The notes: generated from the letters alone by a model not told the origin. A DNA stretch of 64,000 bases from Devosia sp. (GCF_017744655.1 NZ_JAGIAW010000011.1:22205-86204), one strand, 5' to 3'. Positions 51,023 through 60,176 are shown, counted from the first letter of the stretch. Translations and numbers: made by a program.

Positions 51023-51158
51023 TTGCTTCCGACCTTAGCTTTAACTCGTTAGCCAAACGCTAACCACGCCAAGCGGGGAGTCCCGATCTCGCCGCAACAG
51101 CAAGAAGCGGTTTAGAAATATTCGGATAATGTGGGCCGGTAGACCTGAGGTTATGCGT

Positions 51159-51512
51159 ATGTCATTGCAGAAGCTGGCAAGAGAGCTCGACGAGACGGCC
51201 CGTCAGTCCGCCGCAATGCTGGAAGGGATCACCGAAGCCCTCGAACTCCTGACGGACTCGACGGCCGGTAAGGACGCATCCGTGCGCCAGGGCATGATGA
51301 TGATCATCACCGCCCTCCAGGGCCAGGACCGCATCGAGCAGCGCTGCCGCAACATGGCCCTCGCCGCCCGCCAATTCTCCCTTCTGCCCCCAACGGCGCC
51401 CGAAAGCGTCTATGACGAAATCTGGCAGAGCCTCACCCTCGACGAACTCCGCGTCCCCGCCCTTTCCGGCGTCGCGGCCAACCAGGCACACGGCGAGATC
51501 GAACTGTTCTAG
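51159..51512 (+). CDS. Hypothetical small helical protein with a CheZ-like QD-x3-Q motif
   Basis: Most codons end in G/C, unlike the overlapping antisense ORF 51162-51533. GAGG lies 8 nt upstream of ATG 51159 (alternative starts at 51129 and 51153). Central motif ITALQGQDRIEQR. Function is an inference only. Confidence 0.55.
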   Translation: MSLQKLARELDETARQSAAMLEGITEALELLTDSTAGKDASVRQGMMMIITALQGQDRIEQRCRNMALAARQFSLLPPTAPESVYDEIWQSLTLDELRVPALSGVAANQAHGEIELF

Positions 51513-51637
51513 TTCGACGGTTTTCGACGCCATTTAGTCGTTCGATTTGCCTCAAGCCTGGCGGCGGAGCCCGTCAGGCAAGCAGCGGAACGTCACCCCT
51601 CCTCGCCCCTGAGGCGAAGAGGGCATTGAGGCCAGGC

Positions 51638-52063
51638 CTAGGCGAGCCTGGCGTCCAGCGTGACCTCAATGGCGCCCAGCGCCTTTGACACCGGACAATT
51701 GGCTTTCGCCTTTTCCGCCAGTTCCTGAAATTTGGCGTTGTCGATGCCGGGCACGGTTCCGACCAGGGTCAACGCGCTGCCGGTAATGCCGGTGCCGGGA
51801 ATGAGCGTGACCGCCGCCTCGATATTGAGATTGGTAGCCGGGGTACCATTCTCTGCAAGGAAATGTCCAAGCTGCATCGCGAAGCACCCCGAATGTGCCG
51901 CGGCAATCAGCTCTTCCGGATTGGTGCCCGACTTGCCGCTCTCATCAACGAACCGCCCTTTATAGGTGTAGGGCAGCGCCGAGAATGCGCCACTCTGGAC
52001 ATCCAGGGTGCCCGTGCCTTCGACAAGTGTTCCTGCCCAGTTCGCAGTAGCCGTGCGCTTCAT
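51638..52063 (-). CDS. osmC: OsmC family peroxiredoxin
   Basis: ..TNPEELIAAAHSGCFAM.. and ..AKANCPVSKAL.. are the two conserved Cys blocks of OsmC/Ohr proteins. 141 aa. Confidence 0.85.
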   Translation of the reverse strand: MKRTATANWAGTLVEGTGTLDVQSGAFSALPYTYKGRFVDESGKSGTNPEELIAAAHSGCFAMQLGHFLAENGTPATNLNIEAAVTLIPGTGITGSALTLVGTVPGIDNAKFQELAEKAKANCPVSKALGAIEVTLDARLA

Positions 52064-52170
52064 CGTGCTCTCCTCAGGTTGGATCCATGCACTTCATGGC
52101 AGCGCGAAGACTAGCAGTTGCGACCATGAAGCCCAAGCATCGACATGCGCAGGCAGTCCCACCAAACAGA

Positions 52171-52192
52171 AAGGGCGCCTTGCGGCGCCCTT
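52171..52192 (-). terminator. Rho-independent terminator after cheW
   Basis: AAGGGCGCC-loop-GGCGCCCTT. On the minus strand it is followed by TCTGTTTGG. Confidence 0.6.
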
Positions 52193-52213
52193 GTCAAACT
52201 CATGCTCGTAAGC

Positions 52214-52702
52214 CTAGCCGTCGAGCTTGGCGCCATTGACCACGGCATGGAGGTCAATCAGGCCCACCATGCGACTGTCATGGGTGATGATGCCGTTGAG
52301 GAGTTCGGTGTCGATGGCATTGCCCTCGGGCACGTTGTGGATGTCTTCGCGGCTCACGGTCAGAATGTCGCTGACGGCGTCGACCAGGATGCCGACCCAC
52401 TTGTCACCCACGCTCATCACCACCACGACATGGTTCTTGGTAGGCGAGGTCTGGCCATCGCCGAAGCGGGCGCGCAGATCGAAGATCGGCACGATGGTGC
52501 CGCGCAGGTTGATCACGCCGCGTACGAAATCGCGCGTGTTCGGCAGCGGGGTGGCACCGTTCCAGGCGCGGATTTCGCGCACCGTGGTGATCTCCACGCC
52601 ATAGGTCTGCTCTCCGATGGAGAAGGCGATAAGTTGCAGGGTGTTCTGGCCAACGACGGCCGTTTTATCCCCATTGTCTTCGCGGAGGCTGAGCGCTTCC
52701 AT
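52214..52702 (-). CDS. cheW: Chemotaxis coupling protein CheW
   Basis: ..LIAFSIGEQTYGVEITTVREI..P..P....GVINLRGTIVPIFDLR.. is the canonical CheW domain. Confidence 0.9.
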   Translation of the reverse strand: MEALSLREDNGDKTAVVGQNTLQLIAFSIGEQTYGVEITTVREIRAWNGATPLPNTRDFVRGVINLRGTIVPIFDLRARFGDGQTSPTKNHVVVVMSVGDKWVGILVDAVSDILTVSREDIHNVPEGNAIDTELLNGIITHDSRMVGLIDLHAVVNGAKLDG

Positions 52703-52811
52703 TTTCCTGGCCTTTCTGCCGCCCTTCTGGGCCGGTTACACACTCTGAGCGGCTGACGCGCCGCGCGTTACTCGTACTCAGCGCGGCGTACCGCCACGCC
52801 CACTTGGCCAA

Positions 52812-55136
52812 CTAGGCCGCGTTCTGGTGGATCTGATGGACACGCAGGCCCTGCACGTCGACGATCAGTGCGACATTGCCGTCGCCCAGGATCGTGCCGC
52901 CGGCAATGCCTTCGACCTGTTCGAAGTTCTCTTCGAGCGATTTGATGACCACCTGCTGCTGGCCGATGATGTCGTCGACGACCAGCGCCACCTTCTGGCT
53001 GCCCTCGCTTTCGCACAGCACCACGAAACGGTCGTCCGGCGCCTTGTTCGAATGCATGCCAAACCGCTGTGCTACGTCGATGACCTGCACATATTCGCCA
53101 CGCACCTGCAGCACCTGTCCACCGGACGGCACGCGTTCGAAAATAGCGCCCGAGCACTGCATGGTTTCAACGATCGAGGAGAGCGGCACCACATAGGGCG
53201 ACTCGCCAACCTTGACGAGCATGACGTCGAGCACTGCCAGCGTCAGCGGCAGACGCAAGGTCATGCGCGACCCCTTGCCGGTCCAGGAGCGGACATGCAC
53301 CGAGCCGCCGATCTTCTTGATGTTGGAGAGCACCACGTCCATGCCGACGCCGCGGCCGGAAATGTCGCTGACCGCATCCGCCGTCGAGAAGCCCGGGGCG
53401 AAGATGAGCTGGTCAATCTGCTCGTCGGTCGGCGTGATGTCGGGCGCAACGAGGCCCTTGTCACGGGCAAGCTGCAACACGCGTTCGCGGTTGATGCCAT
53501 TGCCGTCGTCTTCGACAATGATGAGGATATTGCCGCCGGCCTGTTCGGCCGAAAGGCGAATGGTGCCGATTTCGGACTTGCCGCGAGCCTTGCGCTTTTC
53601 CGGATCCTCGATGCCGTGGTCGGCCGAGTTGCGGATCATATGGGTCAGCGGATCGGAAAGCTGCTCGATGACGGTCTTGTCGATTTCGGTGTTTTCACCG
53701 ATCGTCTCGAGCTTGATCTTCTTGCCGGTCTTGGTGGCGAGTTCACGCACGAGGCGCGGCATGCGCGAGAACACCGATTTCACCGGTTGCGCGCGGATGG
53801 CCATGACCGAATCCTGCAGGCCGCGCGTCGTCTGCGCCAGCACTTCGAGACCACGAACCAGTTCGGTGTAGCGAGCGCGCAGATTTTCATCCATCTGCTG
53901 GGTCAGCATGGACTGGGTGATCACCAGTTCCGAGACCATGTTGACCACGCGATCGACCTTGTCGAGATCGACGCGGATCGACTGCACGCCGGCGCTGCGA
54001 TTGCCGCCCTCTTCGCCACCTTCGCCGCTGGCAGCGGGTTTTGGTGCGGCAGCGGGCTTGGGCGCTGCAACCGGCACGGGCCGGGGCGGCGCGGAAGCCG
54101 AGATTTCATTGGCAAGATCGGCAAAGCTGAGCGCCGGTTCCTCGGCGACAGGCTCTTCGGCAACCGGGGCGGCCGGAGCTTCGGCAACGAGGCGCACGGG
54201 AGCGGAGGCCACTTCGTCTTCAGTCAGCGCCATAAGATTCTCGTCGGCTTCGACAGGTTGTGCGACCGCGACAGGCGCAAGAGCCGGCGCAGCGACCGGC
54301 GGCGGAACGACGTGGCCCAACGGCACGACTTCGATGCTGCAATCGCCATCGACGAATTCGAAAACTTCGCGGATGGTTGCTTCCGTCAGGTCGGGTGCAA
54401 AGAGCGAGATTTCCCACGAGCAGTAGACGCCGAAGGGTTCGAAGTCGCTCAGCGGGGGAATGTCGGTCAGAATGGCGCGGACATTGATCTCACCCAGCGC
54501 TGCCAGTTCACGGAACAGCAGCAGCGGATCATTGGCGCGCGAATAGAGCTGACGATAGGGCGTAAACCGCACTTCCCAATGGCCCGGTTCGACCGGCATG
54601 GGCGGGGCTTCGAACGTATCGGGCTCGGCCGCAGCCGGGGCCTCGACGACTTCGTCGTCGGCGACAGCGAGTTCAACCCGGACCGGGGTGAATTCGATAT
54701 CGAATTCCTCGATGATCTCGCCGCTCCACTCGTCTTCGTCGCCGCCGCGCTGACCGCGGGCAATGGCGTCGAAACGCTGCTTTTCTTCCTGGCCATAATC
54801 GGCGTCGAGCTCTTCGCCGCTCTGGGCCGCGTTGATATGGTCGGCGACGATATCATTGGCGCGGATGCAGAGATTGACCACGTCGTCGGTCATCTCGACG
54901 CGACCATCGCGAACATAGTCGAGCAGGGTTTCATAGGCATGGGCAAAGCCCACGAGCCCCGAGAACCCGAAGGCGCCGGCGCCGCCCTTGATCGAGTGGA
55001 TGGCGCGGAACACGGCATTGAGCCGGTCGGCGTCGCGCTCGCCACCTTCGATCGCGGCAAACTGCTCTTCAAGCTCGTTCATGAGCTCGGAACATTCGTC
55101 GAAGTAAGTGGCCTTGAAGTCGTCTAGGTCGCTCAT
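52812..55136 (-). CDS. cheA: Chemotaxis histidine kinase CheA
   Basis: HPt domain (FRAIHSIKGGAGAFGF), a long Ala/Pro-rich linker, a dimerisation domain, a HATPase domain (..HMIRNSADHGIE.., DDGNGI, GRGVGMDVV) and a C-terminal CheW-like domain. Confidence 0.95.
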   Translation of the reverse strand: MSDLDDFKATYFDECSELMNELEEQFAAIEGGERDADRLNAVFRAIHSIKGGAGAFGFSGLVGFAHAYETLLDYVRDGRVEMTDDVVNLCIRANDIVADHINAAQSGEELDADYGQEEKQRFDAIARGQRGGDEDEWSGEIIEEFDIEFTPVRVELAVADDEVVEAPAAAEPDTFEAPPMPVEPGHWEVRFTPYRQLYSRANDPLLLFRELAALGEINVRAILTDIPPLSDFEPFGVYCSWEISLFAPDLTEATIREVFEFVDGDCSIEVVPLGHVVPPPVAAPALAPVAVAQPVEADENLMALTEDEVASAPVRLVAEAPAAPVAEEPVAEEPALSFADLANEISASAPPRPVPVAAPKPAAAPKPAASGEGGEEGGNRSAGVQSIRVDLDKVDRVVNMVSELVITQSMLTQQMDENLRARYTELVRGLEVLAQTTRGLQDSVMAIRAQPVKSVFSRMPRLVRELATKTGKKIKLETIGENTEIDKTVIEQLSDPLTHMIRNSADHGIEDPEKRKARGKSEIGTIRLSAEQAGGNILIIVEDDGNGINRERVLQLARDKGLVAPDITPTDEQIDQLIFAPGFSTADAVSDISGRGVGMDVVLSNIKKIGGSVHVRSWTGKGSRMTLRLPLTLAVLDVMLVKVGESPYVVPLSSIVETMQCSGAIFERVPSGGQVLQVRGEYVQVIDVAQRFGMHSNKAPDDRFVVLCESEGSQKVALVVDDIIGQQQVVIKSLEENFEQVEGIAGGTILGDGNVALIVDVQGLRVHQIHQNAA

Positions 55137-55164
55137 GGCGCCGTACCAGCCTTAGAAGAACGTA

Positions 55165-55530
55165 TTAGTGGACCACGCGATGGATGACGCTGATCAGCTT
55201 GTCGGGGTCGAATGGCTTGACGATCCAGCCGGTACCGCCTGCGGCTTTGCCCTGGTCGCGCTTGTCCTGGCTCGTTTCCGTCGTGAGAATGAGGATCGGC
55301 AGGCTCTGGTACTGGCCGCTGGCCCGCACATTCTTGATGAATTCGATGCCGTCCATGACCGGCATGTTGATGTCGGTGATGACGACGTCGATATCGTGGC
55401 TCATCAGCACGTCGAGACCCTGCTTGCCGTCCTCGGCCTGCAGCACCTCAAAACCGGCATTGCTCAGGGTATGATGCAACATGGCCAGGATGGTTCTGGA
55501 ATCATCCACAGTCAGTACGCGCAATGTCAT
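55165..55530 (-). CDS. cheY: Chemotaxis response regulator CheY (CheY1/sink-type)
   Basis: Receiver domain: VLTVDDS..DVVITDINMPVMDG...ILTTE....GWIVKPF. ATGA overlap with the upstream STAS gene. Confidence 0.9.
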   Translation of the reverse strand: MTLRVLTVDDSRTILAMLHHTLSNAGFEVLQAEDGKQGLDVLMSHDIDVVITDINMPVMDGIEFIKNVRASGQYQSLPILILTTETSQDKRDQGKAAGGTGWIVKPFDPDKLISVIHRVVH

Positions 55531-55859
55531 GGTCTCATCATCCCTGAAAATTGTGCGCCAAGGCCCAATCGATCGATCGCGGCCAACATGGCGGCGCTCG
55601 GCGCGTCGACAGCAAATTCATTATGGTTACGGCGGGCGCTTTCCGCAGCGCTGATCAACATCAGCAGACCATTGGTCGACACGCGCTGCACCGCGCTTGC
55701 GACGACGGTCACCGCGCCATCTTCGACAGCGTCGATCAGCTTGTCACGAATCGCGTCCAGCGCGTCGAGGTCGATGACCTCTGGCAAGGCAATCGCGCTT
55801 GCTTCCTGATGTGCCATTTCGTGGCCAGCCCCCGGAGTTCTCTCCTTCGCCATATTCAT
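55527..55859 (-). CDS. STAS-domain protein, CheS/CheX(orf2)-like
   Basis: A ~100-aa protein (..LPEVIDLDALDAIRDKLIDAV..GAVTV.ASAVQRVSTNGLLMLISA..) placed immediately upstream of cheY1-cheA, as CheS is in Sinorhizobium-type operons. Start uncertain (ATGs at 55859, 55853, 55817). Confidence 0.6.
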   Translation of the reverse strand: MNMAKERTPGAGHEMAHQEASAIALPEVIDLDALDAIRDKLIDAVEDGAVTVVASAVQRVSTNGLLMLISAAESARRNHNEFAVDAPSAAMLAAIDRLGLGAQFSGMMRP

Positions 55860-55979
55860 CTGGAACGGTTTAAGAAGTGCTAATCGCCCGGAAGCCGGGG
55901 CTTAGCACCGTGCGACTTCCGGCGCGCTTGCCGCGGCGTGCAAGTGGCTGTAACGAGGCGGCAGTATCAGGACAACGCC

Positions 55980-57296
55980 ATGACCACCAAGATCGCCCTG
56001 ACCGGGCTCGCCCGTGACCTCGCCGCCCGCGCCGATGCGGGCAAGCCCATTCGCGTCGGCGTTATCGGCTCGGGCGAGATGGGCACCGATCTCGTCACCC
56101 AAATGAGCCTGATGAAGGGCGTGGAAATGGCTGCAATCGCCACCCGCCGGCCCCATACCGCGCTCACCGCCATGACCATCGCCTATGGCGACGATAGCCA
56201 CGGCAAGGTGGTCGACACGCCCGCTGCCGCCACGGCCGCCATCGAACAGGGCAAGATCGCCGTCACCTCGGCCGAGACCCTGGTCACGACACCCAATATC
56301 GATGTCGTCATCGACGCCACCGGCAAGCCCGGCGTCGCCGCCGACTTCTCCCTGACCGCGATGGAACACGGCAAGCATCTGGTCATGATGAATGTCGAGG
56401 CTGACGTCACCATCGGGCCCTATTTGAAGGCCCAGGCTGATCGCCTCGGCGTCGTCTATTCCGTCGGCGCCGGCGACGAACCCTCGTCCTGCATGGAGCT
56501 GATCGAATTCGTCACCGCGCTCGGCCTCGATGTGGTCGCTGCCGGCAAGGGCAAGAACAATCCACTCAAACATGATGCCGTCCCCGACGACTATCGCGAG
56601 GAAGCCATCCGCCGGAACATGAACCCCCGCATGCTGGTGGAGTTCGTCGACGGTTCAAAAACCGCCGTCGAGATGACCGCCATCGCCAATGCCACCGGCT
56701 TGATGCCCGATATTCCAGGCATGCATGGCCCGGCGACCAATCGCGAGGACATGGCCAAGGTGCTCATCCCCAAGGCCGATGGCGGGATTCTGAATTCCTC
56801 GGGCGTCGTCGACTTCACCATCGGCAAGGGTGTAGCGCCCGGCGTCTTCGTGATCGTCAAAGCCGAACATCCGCGCATTATCGAGCGCATGGACGATCTC
56901 CATATCGGCCATGGCCCTTATTATGCATTCTTCCGGCCCTATCACCTGACAAGCCTTGAAGTGCCGCTCACCTGCGCGCGCATCGTGCTCTACGGCAAGC
57001 CCGACATGGTCCCCCTCCCCCGGCCCGTCGCCGAAGTCTGCGCTGTCGCCAAGCGCGACCTGCTGCCCGGCGAACCGCTCGATGCCATTGGCGAGACCTG
57101 CTACCGCTCCTATGCGATGAGGGCAAACGATGCCCGCGCTGCCGGCGCATTGCCGGTCGGCCTCCTCGAAGGCGGCAAGGTCACAGCCCCCATTGCCAAG
57201 GGCGCACTGCTTACGACAGCAAACTGCCAGCCCGACACGTCAACGCGCCTCTTCGCTCTGCGTCGGGAGCAGGACAAGATGTTGGACTACCTCTAG
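55980..57296 (+). CDS. NAD(P)-binding oxidoreductase with SAF domain (homoserine-dehydrogenase-like, COG4091-type)
   Basis: N-terminal Rossmann motif IRVGVIGSGEMG. ..VYSVGAGDEPSSCMELIEF..GLDVVAAGKGKNN.. is typical of this family. Confidence 0.6.
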   Translation: MTTKIALTGLARDLAARADAGKPIRVGVIGSGEMGTDLVTQMSLMKGVEMAAIATRRPHTALTAMTIAYGDDSHGKVVDTPAAATAAIEQGKIAVTSAETLVTTPNIDVVIDATGKPGVAADFSLTAMEHGKHLVMMNVEADVTIGPYLKAQADRLGVVYSVGAGDEPSSCMELIEFVTALGLDVVAAGKGKNNPLKHDAVPDDYREEAIRRNMNPRMLVEFVDGSKTAVEMTAIANATGLMPDIPGMHGPATNREDMAKVLIPKADGGILNSSGVVDFTIGKGVAPGVFVIVKAEHPRIIERMDDLHIGHGPYYAFFRPYHLTSLEVPLTCARIVLYGKPDMVPLPRPVAEVCAVAKRDLLPGEPLDAIGETCYRSYAMRANDARAAGALPVGLLEGGKVTAPIAKGALLTTANCQPDTSTRLFALRREQDKMLDYL

Positions 57297-57371
57297 ATTT
57301 TCGGAAGCGCGCCACATTCTGGTCGTGCTTGCCCCTAGAAATGTTGGGGATGCCTTTCCTCGGAGCCCGAC

Positions 57372-58268
57372 ATGCGACTGCTCGGCCTTTTCGTCCTCGC
57401 CATGCCCCTGCTGCCGCTGACCGTGGCCGCTGAGCCGGCAGTCAAGACGAAGGCCTTTGCCGATTGCGCGGCATTGGTCGCCACCATGTCCGAGATCATC
57501 GTGGGTTCGAAGAGCAGCGTGGAAGACGTCGATGGCGGTTGCCGGGCGACCAATGTCCGCTACGGCGTCTCCAGCTTCATGAATTACAGCATCGATGAGG
57601 TGACGCTGCTGAGCCCGAACCTCTTGGCAACTTTTCCGACCGGCGAGATTTTCGAAGCGGCCGAACTCGTGCTCAAGGGCGTCCGCCTCAAACCGGTGAC
57701 CCATTCGCCGCTGCAGGATTATGTCCTCGCCCTTAACACCGTCGGCATGGACTTGCGGCTCGCCTACACGACCGATCCCGAAGCCCTGACCAGCCAAGCC
57801 GAGTTTGAGTTCAGCGCGGAGAAGCTGGGACGGTTTGCGGCGAAGGCTTTCCTTTCCGATTTCGACAACACCGATATCGACATCGACGACATCGCAGACG
57901 TTACGGGCAGGCTCCACCAGCTTGATTTCACGCTCGAAGACCGCGGCCTCTTCGTCGCAATCTTTGCCCCGGCCGTCCTCAATTGGTTTTTCGCCCCGGA
58001 TGAAGACCCGACCAATGCGATCATGGTCATGCAGGAAAGCGCCGTGGCGATGCTCGCCGGCCTGCCCGAAACCACCATCTCGCCCGACTCCCTTGTCGCG
58101 CTCAGTACCCTGATCCGGGCCTTTCCCCGGCCCGAGGGCGATTGGCACCTGAGCTTTTCGAGCGAGAGGGGAATTTCCGTTGACGACCTCGAGGGGAACG
58201 AAGCCACCGTCATCGCCGCAATTCTCGCAGACGCGAAAATCGCGGCGACGGGTGAGCCTGCCCGCTAG
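57372..58268 (+). CDS. Hypothetical secreted protein
   Basis: Signal peptide MRLLGLFVLAMPLLPLTVAA. 298 aa with G/C-rich third positions. No family recognised. Confidence 0.5.
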   Translation: MRLLGLFVLAMPLLPLTVAAEPAVKTKAFADCAALVATMSEIIVGSKSSVEDVDGGCRATNVRYGVSSFMNYSIDEVTLLSPNLLATFPTGEIFEAAELVLKGVRLKPVTHSPLQDYVLALNTVGMDLRLAYTTDPEALTSQAEFEFSAEKLGRFAAKAFLSDFDNTDIDIDDIADVTGRLHQLDFTLEDRGLFVAIFAPAVLNWFFAPDEDPTNAIMVMQESAVAMLAGLPETTISPDSLVALSTLIRAFPRPEGDWHLSFSSERGISVDDLEGNEATVIAAILADAKIAATGEPAR

Positions 58269-58274
58269 CGCCTG

Positions 58275-59246
58275 CTAGATTCCCTTGATCGCAATCTTGC
58301 CCTTGCGGCCCGGTTCGCCGCTGGCGCGCACGGCTTCGGCAACCTCGCTGATCGGATAGGCCGCCTCAATATCGAGCACCAGCTTGCCGGCAACGGCATC
58401 GCGGACCAGTTCACCCAGCAATTCGCCAATCCGCTCGGGTTTGACCGGCGGCTTAGCGCCCCAGAAGCCCTTGACCGTGATATTGCGGAACAGCAATTCC
58501 CCGGCCGATATTTTCAGCGGCCGGCCAGTCATCGCGCCAAAACTAATGAGCTGTCCACCATCGGCCAGAATGCTCGAAAGCTGCGCCGCACCATCGCCGC
58601 CAAGCGACTCCACGCCGCGAATGATGGGCGCGCCACCGGTAACGGCCCGAACCTTCTCCTGCCAGCCGTCGCTTTCGGTTGCCACGACATCCTTGAAGCC
58701 CAGCGCAGCCATTTCTTCGACTGCCGCATCGCGGCGGACCAGACCCAATACCTTGACTCCCTTCTCGGCCGCGTACTGGCTGAGCAGCTTGCCCACCGCG
58801 CCATTGGCAGCATTGATGGCGATCCAGTCGCCCGCTTTTACATCAAGCGTATCGAGCAGCATCTTGGCTGAGAGCGGCATGGAAACAAGCTGGCAGGCTG
58901 TTTCGTCACTCACGCGGTCTGGCACTGGTACAAGCCGTGCTGCGGTGCCGACATAATATTCGGCCCAGGTCTTTTCTCCACCGCCGGCAACGCGCTGCCC
59001 AACCTTGAGATGGGTAACACCTTCGCCCAGCGCTTCGACAATGCCCACTGCTTCCGTGCCCGGCACGGCGGGAAGGCTCGGCTTGAACCCATATTGGCCG
59101 GCAATGGTCATCAGGTCATGATTGTGGACGGGTGACAGCACCATCTTGACCAGCACCTGGCCAGGGCTAGGCTGCGGTCGCTCCACATCTATCGTCTTGA
59201 GTACTTTTTCCGGCGTACCGAATTCGGAATAGATGGCGGTCTTCAT
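58275..59246 (-). CDS. Zinc-independent MDR-family NAD(P)H:quinone oxidoreductase / enoyl reductase-like
   Basis: ..GQVLVKM..SPVHNHDL....G.Y....LPAVPGTEAVG.V..G.GV...KVGQRV.. and the nucleotide motif AANGAVG. ATG 59246 has a CAGGAG SD. Confidence 0.75.
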   Translation of the reverse strand: MKTAIYSEFGTPEKVLKTIDVERPQPSPGQVLVKMVLSPVHNHDLMTIAGQYGFKPSLPAVPGTEAVGIVEALGEGVTHLKVGQRVAGGGEKTWAEYYVGTAARLVPVPDRVSDETACQLVSMPLSAKMLLDTLDVKAGDWIAINAANGAVGKLLSQYAAEKGVKVLGLVRRDAAVEEMAALGFKDVVATESDGWQEKVRAVTGGAPIIRGVESLGGDGAAQLSSILADGGQLISFGAMTGRPLKISAGELLFRNITVKGFWGAKPPVKPERIGELLGELVRDAVAGKLVLDIEAAYPISEVAEAVRASGEPGRKGKIAIKGI

Positions 59247-59366
59247 GGCCGGCTCCTGTAAATTGCTATGTAGCAAAGATATGTCTCGCGCTTTGGTGTT
59301 CAAGCCCGGCTTGCCATCCCGAGCTGCATGAAATAATTGCTGACTAAATTATTCAGGATTAAAGCC

Positions 59367-60176
59367 ATGACGACCGAAGCTCTCGATCCCCGTGCGCCGC
59401 AGCGCATTCGCCACGACACCAAATTGCGTTTGTTGACCGTCACCGCCGTCACCGACATTACCCCGCTCATGCGCCGGGTCCGTCTCACCGGCGATATGGA
59501 AGGCTTCGTTTCTCCCGGTCATGCCGATCATATCAAGGCTCTCTTCTTTCCTGAAGGCGTGACCCCGCTCCTGCCCGTCATCGGGCCCAATGGCGCCGAA
59601 TTCGAGCCCGGCACCCGTCCCGAAATGCGCGACTACACGCCCCGCTACTGGGATGTCGCCGAAGGCTGGATCGAACTCGATTTCGTCCTCCATGGCGATG
59701 GCCCTGCCTCGAGCTGGGCTGCGGATGCGGTGCCGGGCAAGACCCTCGTCATCGGCGGGCCGCGCGGCTCCATGGTCGTCCCAACGACCTATGACTGGTA
59801 CCTGCTCGTGGGCGACGAAACCGCCCTCCCCGCCATCGGCCGCCGCATCGAGGAACTGCCCGCAGGCGCATCGGTTGTCGCCGTGGTGGAAGTCGACTCC
59901 GCCGCCGAGGAACAGAGCTTTGAGACCAGGGCCGATCTCGACCTGATCTATGTGCACCGCAACGGCGCCGCAGCCGGCAGGACCACACTGCTCATCGACA
60001 AGGTCCGCTCGCTCGACCTGCCCAAGGGCGATGCCTATGCCTATATTGCGGGCGAAAGCGGCATGAGCAAGTCGGTCCGCCAGCACCTCACCGAAGAACG
60101 CGGCTTCAGTTCCGAATGGGTCAAGGCGGCCGGCTATTGGCTGCTCGGCACCGCCGACGCCCACGAGCCGCACTGA
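59367..60176 (+). CDS. Siderophore-interacting (FAD-binding 9 / SIP) protein
   Basis: ..RRVRLTGD..F.SPGHADHIKALF.., ..RDYTPR..D......ELDFVLHGDGPAS.WA.., ..GDETALPAI.RR.EEL.. are SIP/ViuB family motifs. Confidence 0.75.
   Translation: MTTEALDPRAPQRIRHDTKLRLLTVTAVTDITPLMRRVRLTGDMEGFVSPGHADHIKALFFPEGVTPLLPVIGPNGAEFEPGTRPEMRDYTPRYWDVAEGWIELDFVLHGDGPASSWAADAVPGKTLVIGGPRGSMVVPTTYDWYLLVGDETALPAIGRRIEELPAGASVVAVVEVDSAAEEQSFETRADLDLIYVHRNGAAAGRTTLLIDKVRSLDLPKGDAYAYIAGESGMSKSVRQHLTEERGFSSEWVKAAGYWLLGTADAHEPH

Noticed and set aside
51162-51533. 123-aa minus-strand ORF overlapping the CheZ-like ORF
   Set aside because: Its translation is Gly/Ala/Asp/His-rich and low-complexity. The plus-strand frame shows the G/C-ending codon bias of real genes in this window.
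52827-55127. 766-aa plus-strand ORF
   Set aside because: It is antisense to cheA, which has unambiguous HPt, HATPase and CheW-like motifs.
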